This document shows, in pieces, positions 36,985 to 45,660 of a stretch of 64,000 bases of DNA. The DNA is from an uncultured bacterium. GTDB lineage: Bacteria > RBG-13-61-14 > DATKZS01. Numbering within the stretch: the first letter of the stretch is position 1; each line of letters opens with the position of its first letter. The notes below the pieces were generated by a model that was not told the DNA's origin, made no database searches, and worked only from the letters and a program-made list of their open reading frames with translations. The position numbers and the translations under genes are program-made. The DNA lies in the NCBI GenBank assembly GCA_964650485.1, contig CAZYTX010000006.1:38660-102659 (forward strand). Reading direction: 5' to 3'.

Positions 36985-38268
36985 GTGCGACACATGAATG
37001 GAACAGAAGCTGGGCAAAGACAATCCGGTTTGCCTGGGTTCAGGCTCTACAAGCCCGGCCCCTCACATCCCGACTGGAAAGAGCTTTTTGAGGAGACGAG
37101 GCACGAGCTTTCCGAGATCCGGAAGAATGTAAAAAAGGACACGGACACAAGCTTTTCGGAAAAGCTCTTGGACCTTAGCAGAAAACGCAAGGCCTACATC
37201 ACCACCATCTCCGGGTTCCTGGAGAACCGGCGCCGGCTGAAGGCGGGAGACAAGTCGCTCCGGGCCATCTACTGGATCTGGGCCATGCTGAACGGGTGCA
37301 ATCTCCGCTGCACCTACTGCGACGACCACTCGGGCCAGGGATGGTTCGAAAAGAACGACAGCGACACACTCGACACGGAGCAGGGAAAGAAGCTCCTGGA
37401 AGTCATGCGCACCGGGTGCAGCGCCATATACTTCTGCGGGGGCGAGCCCACCTTGAGGAACGACCTGCCCGAACTTGTGGACCATGCATTCGATCTTGGC
37501 TACTATCCCATGGCCATGAACTCGAATATTACCATCATCCACAAGCGTCTCAAGGACCCGGCCTGGAAGGACCTTATGCGAAAGCTCGACATCCTTGTCA
37601 TAAGCGTTGACTCGCTCAGCCCGGAGAAGCTCGACAGCATCTTCCAGAGGCCGCTTGGAAAGCAGGTGCTTGTAAACGCTCTCATGCTGAGGGAGCTTAA
37701 AAAGACAAACCGGTTCCTGCTTATCGCCAACTCGGTGGTGACTCCCGAGACGGTCACCGATGCAAGACAGGTGCTCGACTGGTGCAACGACCTGGGGATA
37801 TTCTTCGCCGCGGTGCCGGCGAACTATAAAGAGGGGCCAAACCCCGATCTCGTGAACATGCCCGAGTATTGTTCGTTCGTTGACACGGTGCTTTCAAGGA
37901 AAAGGCAGGGGCACAAGATTATCGGCTCAATGGAGCTTCTGGACAAGTTCCTGAATGCAAAGCCATACACATGCATGACAACCATCAAGCCCCACATCGG
38001 ACCGCACGGTTCGCTTCCCTGGCCGTGCCGGGCAAGCATCAACGTGGAGCCCGAGTTCCTGAACGTGCTGGACTACGAGACCGTTGACGAGATGTACGAG
38101 GCGGGCGACAGGATCATAAAAGCCACCGACTTCCACGGGCCGGCCAGGAACCAGTGCGGGGGCTGGTGCGCCTGGTACCAGAACTACACCACCGAGATCT
38201 ACAGGAATGCCTTGCTGAAGCCGTGGAGGTTCATGTCAGAGACCAGGGAACTTACCTCGAACCTGTGA
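36985..38268 (+). CDS. Radical SAM protein, function unknown.
   Basis: CNLRCTYC is a Cx3Cx2C motif, followed by a GGEPTL glycine-rich SAM motif. There are C-terminal Cys residues (WPCRAS, CGGWCAWY). Confidence 0.75.
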   Translation: MRHMNGTEAGQRQSGLPGFRLYKPGPSHPDWKELFEETRHELSEIRKNVKKDTDTSFSEKLLDLSRKRKAYITTISGFLENRRRLKAGDKSLRAIYWIWAMLNGCNLRCTYCDDHSGQGWFEKNDSDTLDTEQGKKLLEVMRTGCSAIYFCGGEPTLRNDLPELVDHAFDLGYYPMAMNSNITIIHKRLKDPAWKDLMRKLDILVISVDSLSPEKLDSIFQRPLGKQVLVNALMLRELKKTNRFLLIANSVVTPETVTDARQVLDWCNDLGIFFAAVPANYKEGPNPDLVNMPEYCSFVDTVLSRKRQGHKIIGSMELLDKFLNAKPYTCMTTIKPHIGPHGSLPWPCRASINVEPEFLNVLDYETVDEMYEAGDRIIKATDFHGPARNQCGGWCAWYQNYTTEIYRNALLKPWRFMSETRELTSNL

Positions 38269-38310
38269 GCGCCCAGATCATCTCTGATCAAAAGCAAGAG
38301 GTGGACTGAT

Positions 38311-39060
38311 ATGGAAGTAGAAAAGGGACCATATTCAGCCACTGGCCGCGAGGTCTTGAGCGAGGCCGCGGTGATGCTTGTGGCGGCCCTGGTGATCCAC
38401 CTGTTTGCCCAGCGCACCGCACTGGTGTCCGCGGCCATGGCCGCGATAATAATCCTTCGCTTTATCCTGCTAAACCGCCGCGGCGACTGGATCATCTTCC
38501 TGCTGGGCATGGTTGTCGGCGGGGGCAACGACGTGATGTCCATGTGGCGAGGGGTGTACTCTTACACCCCGCCCACCCTTATCCCCGGCCTGCCCGAGTG
38601 GATGCTCCCGGTTTGGATGCTCTTCTTCTGGGGCGAGGGTTTTATATTCTTCCGCAAACTGGTGAGGTGGGGCCCGCTGCTGGGAGATGACCAGAGGCCC
38701 CGGCTCCTGGACACGCCCCTGGCCCTGGACATCGCAATCGCGGTGGTCTACCGGGTGATCGTTTACAGGTGGGCGTCCGAGCCCTGGCTCCCGGCCGCGC
38801 TCTATGCCGCAATACTGGCAGTGCGGATGCTTGTGATCCCGCCCGCTGCCCACGAACGCAGGCTCATGCTGTCCATACTGGTACTGGGTCCGCTATACGA
38901 GGCCATCCTCATAAAGAGCGGGCTTTACCTCTACCAGAACCCGGCTTTCCTGGGCATGCCGCTCTGGCTTATCATCTACTGGGTGTTCATCATCAGGGTG
39001 CTGAAGGCGGTGATTGACCGGATCGAGCACTACCTCACCGGGCATTCACAACAGGATTAG
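38311..39060 (+). CDS. Polytopic membrane protein, hypothetical.
   Basis: A 249-aa ORF with about 6 TM helices, 43 bp downstream of the radical SAM gene. Confidence 0.5.
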   Translation: MEVEKGPYSATGREVLSEAAVMLVAALVIHLFAQRTALVSAAMAAIIILRFILLNRRGDWIIFLLGMVVGGGNDVMSMWRGVYSYTPPTLIPGLPEWMLPVWMLFFWGEGFIFFRKLVRWGPLLGDDQRPRLLDTPLALDIAIAVVYRVIVYRWASEPWLPAALYAAILAVRMLVIPPAAHERRLMLSILVLGPLYEAILIKSGLYLYQNPAFLGMPLWLIIYWVFIIRVLKAVIDRIEHYLTGHSQQD

Positions 39061-39064
39061 ACTA

Positions 39065-40936
39065 TCAACCCGAATGCTCGTCCTCCACCGTCTCCCTCAA
39101 GGTCTGGGCGAAGCTCTTTAGCTCTGCGACCGCGGCCTCGATCTCCTTGGCCCCGCTCTCCACCTGGGAGGCCACTTCCTGCACCTCGTTGATGGCCCGG
39201 GACAGTTCCTCGGATGCATGGCTTTGCTGCGTGGTGGACGATGTGATCTCGTGCACCAGGGTTGCGGTGGAGTGGGCCAGGGATGATATCTTTGCAAGAG
39301 CATCCACCACGTCCGCCACTGCGCCCCGGCCCCGGCCCACCAGCTCGTTGCCGGCGCGCGCGATCCCGGTAGCTTTCACAGTGGCCTGTTGAATGGTCTC
39401 GATCAGCTCCCTTACCGCGGCGGTGGCCTCGTTGGTGCGGCTGGCAAGATGTTGGGTCTCCTCAGCCACAACTGAAAAGCGAGAGCCCGCGGACCCGGCG
39501 CCGGCAGCCTCGATGGAAGCATTCAGCGCCAGGAGCTCGGTCTGGTCGGCAACCTCCTCGATTATGCCAACTATGCCGAAGGCCAGCTGAAACATTCCCT
39601 CCAGCTCGGAGGTGGCCTCCACTATCTCCTGCGACTGGGAGGCTATCTGCTCGAAGCTCTTGTGCGCGGTATCCAGCACCTGCTCGCCCTGCTTGCAGGC
39701 ATCGAGGGTGGATGAGGAGCTTTGGTTCACGTCACCTGCATGGTCCGCGATTGACCTTGCAGTCGCCAGTATCTGCTCGGTGACCGAGGAGGCCTCGGTG
39801 ATGGACGAGGCCTGCTGGGCCGCGCCCGAGGCCTGGGAGGCGCTCACGTTCAGCATGGTGGATATGGCCGAGTCCATCTGACGGACACCCTCTTTCAGGC
39901 TCTCAACCACATGGCCCATCTCACGCATCTGGCTCACGATGGTGTCCTTCATTCGGTTCATGGAGGCCCCCAGCTCGCCCAGCTCGTCGTTGGTTGCAAG
40001 CCGAACGGATTCCTCGAAATCTCCCTCTTTTATCCTTTCCGAGGCACGTGTCAGTATACGGAGAGGCCGGGTGGTCTCCGCGGAGGCGAGCAGAATGAAG
40101 AGGAAGGTGAGCCCGATGCCGATAAGTATAAAAACGGTGTAGGATGTCTTCAGGTTGCCCAGGTTCTTCTGAAAATAGCGGCTGGAGCGGATGCCAGGGT
40201 CGGAGCGGTGTCCCAACTGGTCCACCAGGTCCATCTTCTCTCTTGCAGGCAGGCGCTCCTCCATCTGCCTCATGTTCTCTAAAAGGGACCGGGTCTGAGA
40301 GTAGCCCATCAGCGAGGAGTAGAGCAGTAAGGCTATAATTATTGGTATAAAAGTCACCAGCATCTTGAAGCTTAAGCTGAACCTCCATCCCGCGCGGCGG
40401 GCGGGCTCGGTCTTTACCACCGTGGTGGTGTGCTCCACAAGCGGCCTTACCACCCAGCCGCCGAAGTTGACGCCAAGCGGTATCATGAAAAGCCCGCAGA
40501 TGAGACCGCCGGCCATGCCGTACCACACCATCTCCCCCATGTCCCACTCGAGGTTTATTATCCCCACCATGAAGATGACGGGGTTGGTGATCATGTAGAA
40601 GAGCCCGGCGATTATTGCGATCTTGTAGCCCAGGTTCAGTGCCTGGTGCTGTACTTTGAGCGCCTGGTCCTCGGGTATCTCCCGGCCGGCGTGCACCGCC
40701 CTTATGTACCTTATCAGGGGGAGTGCCACCAGGGTGATAAGAACTACGAACACCACTATGCCGGCCGCGGAGATGGGGACACCGTAGCTGGATATGACCT
40801 TCTGGTCAGCAGGGGTGACGAGCACCACCAGCCGGTGATACGCGATCAGCGAACCCGCGGCCACACCAGCGCCCGAGCCCATCATCACGATGAAACGGAG
40901 AATAAAGCTCCTCAAGGTTGGAATAGTTTTCTGCAT
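39065..40936 (-). CDS. Methyl-accepting chemotaxis protein with a multi-TM N-terminal sensor and a HAMP domain.
   Basis: The MCP signalling domain shows ETTRPLRILTRASERIKEGDF (HAMP) and AEETQHLASRTNEAT, together with the highly conserved LLALNASIEAAGAG hairpin. Confidence 0.9.
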   Translation of the reverse strand: MQKTIPTLRSFILRFIVMMGSGAGVAAGSLIAYHRLVVLVTPADQKVISSYGVPISAAGIVVFVVLITLVALPLIRYIRAVHAGREIPEDQALKVQHQALNLGYKIAIIAGLFYMITNPVIFMVGIINLEWDMGEMVWYGMAGGLICGLFMIPLGVNFGGWVVRPLVEHTTTVVKTEPARRAGWRFSLSFKMLVTFIPIIIALLLYSSLMGYSQTRSLLENMRQMEERLPAREKMDLVDQLGHRSDPGIRSSRYFQKNLGNLKTSYTVFILIGIGLTFLFILLASAETTRPLRILTRASERIKEGDFEESVRLATNDELGELGASMNRMKDTIVSQMREMGHVVESLKEGVRQMDSAISTMLNVSASQASGAAQQASSITEASSVTEQILATARSIADHAGDVNQSSSSTLDACKQGEQVLDTAHKSFEQIASQSQEIVEATSELEGMFQLAFGIVGIIEEVADQTELLALNASIEAAGAGSAGSRFSVVAEETQHLASRTNEATAAVRELIETIQQATVKATGIARAGNELVGRGRGAVADVVDALAKISSLAHSTATLVHEITSSTTQQSHASEELSRAINEVQEVASQVESGAKEIEAAVAELKSFAQTLRETVEDEHSG

Positions 40937-40977
40937 TGTCAGGTATCAGAGATCATTGGTCATTTTTAGCCAACTCT

Positions 40978-41703
40978 TCACCTCTTCTCATACCCCGGTT
41001 TCCTGTAGGACCCTCCCGAATCAATCCATTCCTTCTCCGCGCCCAGGGCTTTTGGCAGGTCCCTTTTTGTCAGGAACTCCTGTACGAAACCCGGCAGCCA
41101 GAACCCGGTCTCCACCAGGGTGCCGTACCTTGCCAGGGTGTGGTCCGGGTCAATCCAGTAGAGCTGCCAGAACCCGGAGACCTCCTTCATGTCGTTGTCG
41201 TACTCCGGGTCCAGGGACCAGGACCTCCTGTAGGGCTCAGACCCGTAATCACCCATCACCCTGTAGTCAATCTCGATCCACAGTATCTTCACGTGGATGT
41301 CTATCCGGTCCTTTCCGTCCCCCTTGCTGTGAAGCTCGCTGGAGTCCAGGTGCGGTAAAAACTCCTCCTGGCGCCACCCCTGGTTTATAAGACTGAAAAC
41401 CGTGTCTATGTCCTGGTTGAATATTATGGCCGCGGTGACCATCTCACGGCCCTCGATAACCTCCGGCTGTTCCAGTATCACCACCTCGCCCCTTTCCAGG
41501 CGCTCGATCTGCTCCCGGCTAAGGCCCTCGTAAGCTCCGGGGTCCTGGTCGGTGGGGGCGCCTTCCGGAGGGCCTTGCATGCCGGATGATTTCTCGGCAG
41601 TGTCTTTGCCGGGCGCAAGGCCCGGTGCAAAAAGAAAAATATACAAAAATAAAAGCACAGACAAAAGATAAGCCGCTCTTACATCCCACTTGTGGACTCT
41701 CAT
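40978..41703 (-). CDS. Secreted protein, hypothetical, upstream of and co-directional with the MCP.
   Basis: A signal peptide starts at the internal MRVHKWDVRAAYLLSVLLFLYIFLFAPG. The track ORF extends to 41793. Confidence 0.45.
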   Translation of the reverse strand: MRVHKWDVRAAYLLSVLLFLYIFLFAPGLAPGKDTAEKSSGMQGPPEGAPTDQDPGAYEGLSREQIERLERGEVVILEQPEVIEGREMVTAAIIFNQDIDTVFSLINQGWRQEEFLPHLDSSELHSKGDGKDRIDIHVKILWIEIDYRVMGDYGSEPYRRSWSLDPEYDNDMKEVSGFWQLYWIDPDHTLARYGTLVETGFWLPGFVQEFLTKRDLPKALGAEKEWIDSGGSYRKPGYEKR

Positions 41704-41775
41704 TTCATATAACCCTCGTCCGATTTTTTTAAAGTCTACAACAGCGGAGAAAATGAAACAAGCCCTGCAAACTCC

Positions 41776-43575
41776 TTGACAATAAACCGTCACCGGAATA
41801 GACTGATAAAAGGTGCCGGCGGGGTGTCAGGGCAAGGAAAAGATAAGCAAGGAAGGAAGTTAAGCGCCGCGGAGTGGGTTGCGCTCGCCGCGGTGGGAAT
41901 TAATACGGCGCTCACCGGGCTCAAGTTCTTCCTCGCCTGGATTTCCGGAAGCCTTTCTTTGCGGGTGGAGGCTTTCCATTCTTTTGCCGACATCGGCTCC
42001 AGCCTGGCGGTTTTCCTGGCCGTGCGCGCGGAGATGTCCCCCGCCGCGGAAGGCGAGGAGTCCGAGGAGAAGTCCGGCTTCTTTTCCCATCCCCAGCGGA
42101 TAGTGTCTCTGGGCATCGGCATATTCCTTGCCGTGGTGGGGGTTTTTTTCATAAGGCGGGTGATAGCTCCCGAGACCCTGGGGGTGAGCTACCCTGTCCC
42201 GGTGGCCCTTGCCATGCTTTTACTGGCTCTGTTCTCCTTCCTGCTCTCCCGGCTGGAGCGGGTGGTGGGAGAGCGCGACAACTGCACCGCTCTGGTGGCT
42301 GACAGCTTCCATGCCAGGGTGGACATGGCAGGGTCCCTGCTGGTTGCCGGTGCGCTCCTGGGCGAGAGCCTGGGAGTGAGCCTTGACAGGTGGGCGGCCC
42401 TGGCGCTGGCGCTGTTCATACTCTCCCAGGCATTGAACGTGTTCGGCGCGGTCATAAGGGACATGACCACCAGGGAGCCGGAGCCGGACATGCTCTACCG
42501 CGAGTGGCTCTGGCAGGCGGTCCGCAAAAGGGTCCCCGACATCGGGCCGCGCCTGCTGTCCCTGGCGGCAAGGATGACCGGCGGCTCGTCCGAGAGCGAG
42601 GCCGACCGGAACAAGGCGGCGAGGCTTGTTATCGCCGCTTTTATCGTGGCGGCGCTTACGGCTTACATGGCAAGCGGACTCTTTACCGTAGGTGCATCGG
42701 AGCAGGCCATTGTCGAGCATCTGGGCAAGCCCGTGAACCTGAAGGAGCCGCTCCAGCCGGGCCTGCACTGGAAATGGCCCTGGCCCGTGGGCAAGACCAG
42801 GAAGGTGGACGTAAGGAGGATCAGGAGACTTGCGGTGGGCTCCGAGGTGAGGCCCGATCGCAGGGTGGTGCTCTGGACCAACGAGCATTACGTGGAGCAG
42901 TTCAACCTGCTCTCGGGCGAGAACATCTTCGTGGACGTGGGCGTGGTGCTCCACTACCGCGTGCATGACCTGTCCGCCTGGCTCTACAACTTCCGCGATC
43001 CCGAGTCGCTTCTTAACTACCTCACTTCCGCTGTGCTCACTCAGGAGTTTTCAAAGAGGAGGTTCATGGAGTCCATGACCACTGGCAGGGACGCGCTGGA
43101 GGCGGACCTGGAGGAGCGGGTGAAAGAGGCCATGGAACCCTTTGACACCGGCACCGGGATCGTGGCCCTGTACGTGCGCGACGCGCACCCGCCCCTCAGC
43201 ATAGCCCCTGCTTTCGAGGAGGTGGTATCGGCAAGGATCGAGTACGAGACCAGGATCAACGAGGCCAAGGGGTACATGAACGACCTCATACCTCGTGCCA
43301 GGGGCGAGGCCGCCACCAGGACCCTTGCCGCAGAAGCCTTGAAAACATCAATGCACAACCGGGCCAGGGGCGAGGCCGCCCGCTTTTTATCCATGCTCGA
43401 GGCTTACAGGACCTCGCCACTGGCAACCAGGACCAGGATGTCCATCGAGGCTGCGGAAGAGGCCCTGCCCGGCAGGGAAAAGATTATAGTGCCGGCTGAC
43501 CCAGCATCAGGGGCAGTGGAAATATTCATGACCAAGGAGCCGGGGTGGGCGCCGGGGTCGTCGGGGGAGAAATAA
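41776..43575 (+). CDS. Fusion protein: a cation diffusion facilitator (CDF) transmembrane domain of about 230 aa joined to a TM helix and an HflK-like SPFH/band-7 domain.
   Basis: The N-terminal VEAFHSFADIGSS and ADSFHARVDMAGS are the paired HxxxD metal-site motifs of CDF TM2 and TM5. After residue about 300 come LVIAAFIVAALTAYMASGLFTVGASEQAIVEHLGKPVNLKEPLQPGLHWKWPWPVGKTRKV and a long helical region like HflK. It is one uninterrupted 599-aa ORF. Confidence 0.65.
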   Translation: MTINRHRNRLIKGAGGVSGQGKDKQGRKLSAAEWVALAAVGINTALTGLKFFLAWISGSLSLRVEAFHSFADIGSSLAVFLAVRAEMSPAAEGEESEEKSGFFSHPQRIVSLGIGIFLAVVGVFFIRRVIAPETLGVSYPVPVALAMLLLALFSFLLSRLERVVGERDNCTALVADSFHARVDMAGSLLVAGALLGESLGVSLDRWAALALALFILSQALNVFGAVIRDMTTREPEPDMLYREWLWQAVRKRVPDIGPRLLSLAARMTGGSSESEADRNKAARLVIAAFIVAALTAYMASGLFTVGASEQAIVEHLGKPVNLKEPLQPGLHWKWPWPVGKTRKVDVRRIRRLAVGSEVRPDRRVVLWTNEHYVEQFNLLSGENIFVDVGVVLHYRVHDLSAWLYNFRDPESLLNYLTSAVLTQEFSKRRFMESMTTGRDALEADLEERVKEAMEPFDTGTGIVALYVRDAHPPLSIAPAFEEVVSARIEYETRINEAKGYMNDLIPRARGEAATRTLAAEALKTSMHNRARGEAARFLSMLEAYRTSPLATRTRMSIEAAEEALPGREKIIVPADPASGAVEIFMTKEPGWAPGSSGEK

Positions 43576-43588
43576 AAGGAGAGCAGTC

Positions 43589-44458
43589 ATGAAGCGCGTT
43601 ATATGGGGACTGGTTATCATCGCCGCGGTCATGCTTGTCATCGCGGCCACCACCTTCACGGTCAAGCAGAACGAGTACGCGGTGGTGACCAGGTTCGGGG
43701 ACCCGGTGCGCACCATAACCCAGCCGGGGCTCAACTTCCAGATACCGCCGCCCATCGAGCGGGTGAACCTGTTCGACAAGAGGCTCCAGCTCCACCAGGG
43801 GCTCTTGCTCGAATGCCTGACCGAGGACAAGAAGAACATCGCCGTGCGCACGGTGCTGGTATGGAGGATCTCCGACCCGGGCACTTTCTTCGTGTCCGTG
43901 GGCACCATGGATGCCGCGGCCCAGAAGCTGGACGACCTGCTGACCTCCAAAGGCGTGGGCGCCATAGGCGACTATAACTTTGACGACCTCGTATCCGTGG
44001 AGCACGTGGTGCGGCTTGACGACCTGGAGAGGCGGATCGAAAAGAAGCTGTCACAGAGCCTGGCGTCCGGGGGCTACGGCATGGAGATGCGCACGGTCGA
44101 GATTGACAGGCTGGCGCTGCCCGAGTCAAACGCTTACGCGGTCTACCAGAGGATGCGCAAGGAGAGGAACGCCATAGCCAACAAGTACAGGGCCGAGGGG
44201 GAGGAGGAAGCCTCAAAGATTAGGGCCAGGGCCGACAGGGAGAAGTCGGACATACTCTCCCGGGCATACGAACAGGCCCAGAAGATACGCGGCGAGGGGG
44301 AGGCCGAGGCCGCCCGCATATACGCCGAGGCATTCAGCAGGGACCAGGAGTTCTACAAGTTCTGGAGGACCCTGCAGAGCTACAAGAAGGTCCTGGACCA
44401 GAAGACCACACTGGTGCTCTCGCAGGACTCCGAGCTTTTAAAGTACCTGGGAGAGTAG
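43589..44458 (+). CDS. hflC: HflC-like SPFH domain protein.
   Basis: An N-terminal TM helix is followed by FTVKQNEYAVVTRFGDPVRTITQPGLNFQIP, which compares with E. coli HflC VVKEGERGITLRFGKV...PGLHFKIP. Confidence 0.8.
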   Translation: MKRVIWGLVIIAAVMLVIAATTFTVKQNEYAVVTRFGDPVRTITQPGLNFQIPPPIERVNLFDKRLQLHQGLLLECLTEDKKNIAVRTVLVWRISDPGTFFVSVGTMDAAAQKLDDLLTSKGVGAIGDYNFDDLVSVEHVVRLDDLERRIEKKLSQSLASGGYGMEMRTVEIDRLALPESNAYAVYQRMRKERNAIANKYRAEGEEEASKIRARADREKSDILSRAYEQAQKIRGEGEAEAARIYAEAFSRDQEFYKFWRTLQSYKKVLDQKTTLVLSQDSELLKYLGE

Positions 44459-45418
44459 ATGAGCGCGGGACCGGAAATAAGGGCGGTGTTCAAGAACCTG
44501 GACCGCATAATAATCGCGGTCTTCGGCATACTGTTGCTTCTCTATCTCTTCTCCGGCATCTACGTGGTGGAGGCCAACCAGATGGGGGTGCTCTTCAGGT
44601 TCGGGGCCAGGAAGGCGGTGGTCCCGCCCGGGATCGGCTACAGGCTGCCCTGGCCCGTGGACCGGGTGAGGAAGGTCAACGTAAAGGAGATGCAGCGCAT
44701 CGAGGTCGGATTCTGGCCCGAGTCCGGCCAGGTGGAGGAGCTGCTCCCCTACTGCATCACCGGGGACAAGAACATCATACACAACCGCTACGTTATACAG
44801 TACAGGATAGCGGACGCGTCCAACTTCCTGCTCAAGGGGGCGCGGGTAAAAGACACCCTCTACGCCCTGGCGCAGGCCGCCATACTGGAGGCCGTGGCCG
44901 AGAGGGAGGTGGACCCCATTCTCACCACCGGCAAGGTGGAGATTCAAAGGGACATCGAGCAGAAACTCAGGAACAAGCTCGATGAGCTGGGCCTCAAGAT
45001 CGCGGTGCTGGGCGTGGAGAGGCAGTTCGCAAACCCGCCCAACTTCGTGAAAGACGCTTTCCAGGACGTGGTCAACGCCCGCGAGGAAGAGCGCACCCGC
45101 ATACACGAGGCAAACGACTACAGGAACCAGGAGATACCCAAAGCCAACGGAGAAGCAGACAGCATAATCCAGCAGGCCGAGGCCTACAAGGTCTCCCGCA
45201 TAAGCTCGGCCAGGGGCGAGTCGGACAGGTTCATAAAGCTCTACGACAAGTACAAGAGCGCTCCCGCAGTGACCCGGCACCGGCTGTTAGTGGAGATGAT
45301 AGAGCAGGTCCTGCCAAGGACCAAGGTCATGGTCCTTGCCACCGACAAGCAGGGAAAGCCCATAAGAATAAAAATCCTCCAGGCGCCCGTGCCCACCACG
45401 CCCAGGCTCATGGAGTGA
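44459..45418 (+). CDS. hflK: HflK-like SPFH domain protein.
   Basis: An N-terminal TM helix is followed by YVVEANQMGVLFRFGARKAVVPPGIGYRLPWPVDRVRKVNV, as in HflK. Confidence 0.8.
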   Translation: MSAGPEIRAVFKNLDRIIIAVFGILLLLYLFSGIYVVEANQMGVLFRFGARKAVVPPGIGYRLPWPVDRVRKVNVKEMQRIEVGFWPESGQVEELLPYCITGDKNIIHNRYVIQYRIADASNFLLKGARVKDTLYALAQAAILEAVAEREVDPILTTGKVEIQRDIEQKLRNKLDELGLKIAVLGVERQFANPPNFVKDAFQDVVNAREEERTRIHEANDYRNQEIPKANGEADSIIQQAEAYKVSRISSARGESDRFIKLYDKYKSAPAVTRHRLLVEMIEQVLPRTKVMVLATDKQGKPIRIKILQAPVPTTPRLME

Positions 45419-45660
45419 CCGCGGCCTTACTACCTGATAGCGTTCAGGTTGGTCCTGGTCCTCACCCGCCGGGTGGCGAGGTACTTCAAGAAGCTGACCA
45501 GCGCGCCCGGCTCTTTGGCCACGTTGTGGATCACGTCCGCGGCGTGAAGCCCCACGTACATGATAGGATGAAGCAGCGCATCTCTCAGCGTCTCCATGGC
45601 CCGGTCGCGCCTGCCCAGCACGCAGAGCGCCTCGGCCGCGGCCTTTTCTGTCCCGGGTGC

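Noticed and set aside
45420-45660. A 63-aa minus-strand ORF between the convergent hflK-like and GMC genes.
   Set aside because: It lies in a convergent-terminator region with no RBS. The GMC C-terminus (…TIMALAIHVADHVKQRI) is complete, so no frameshifted extension is needed.
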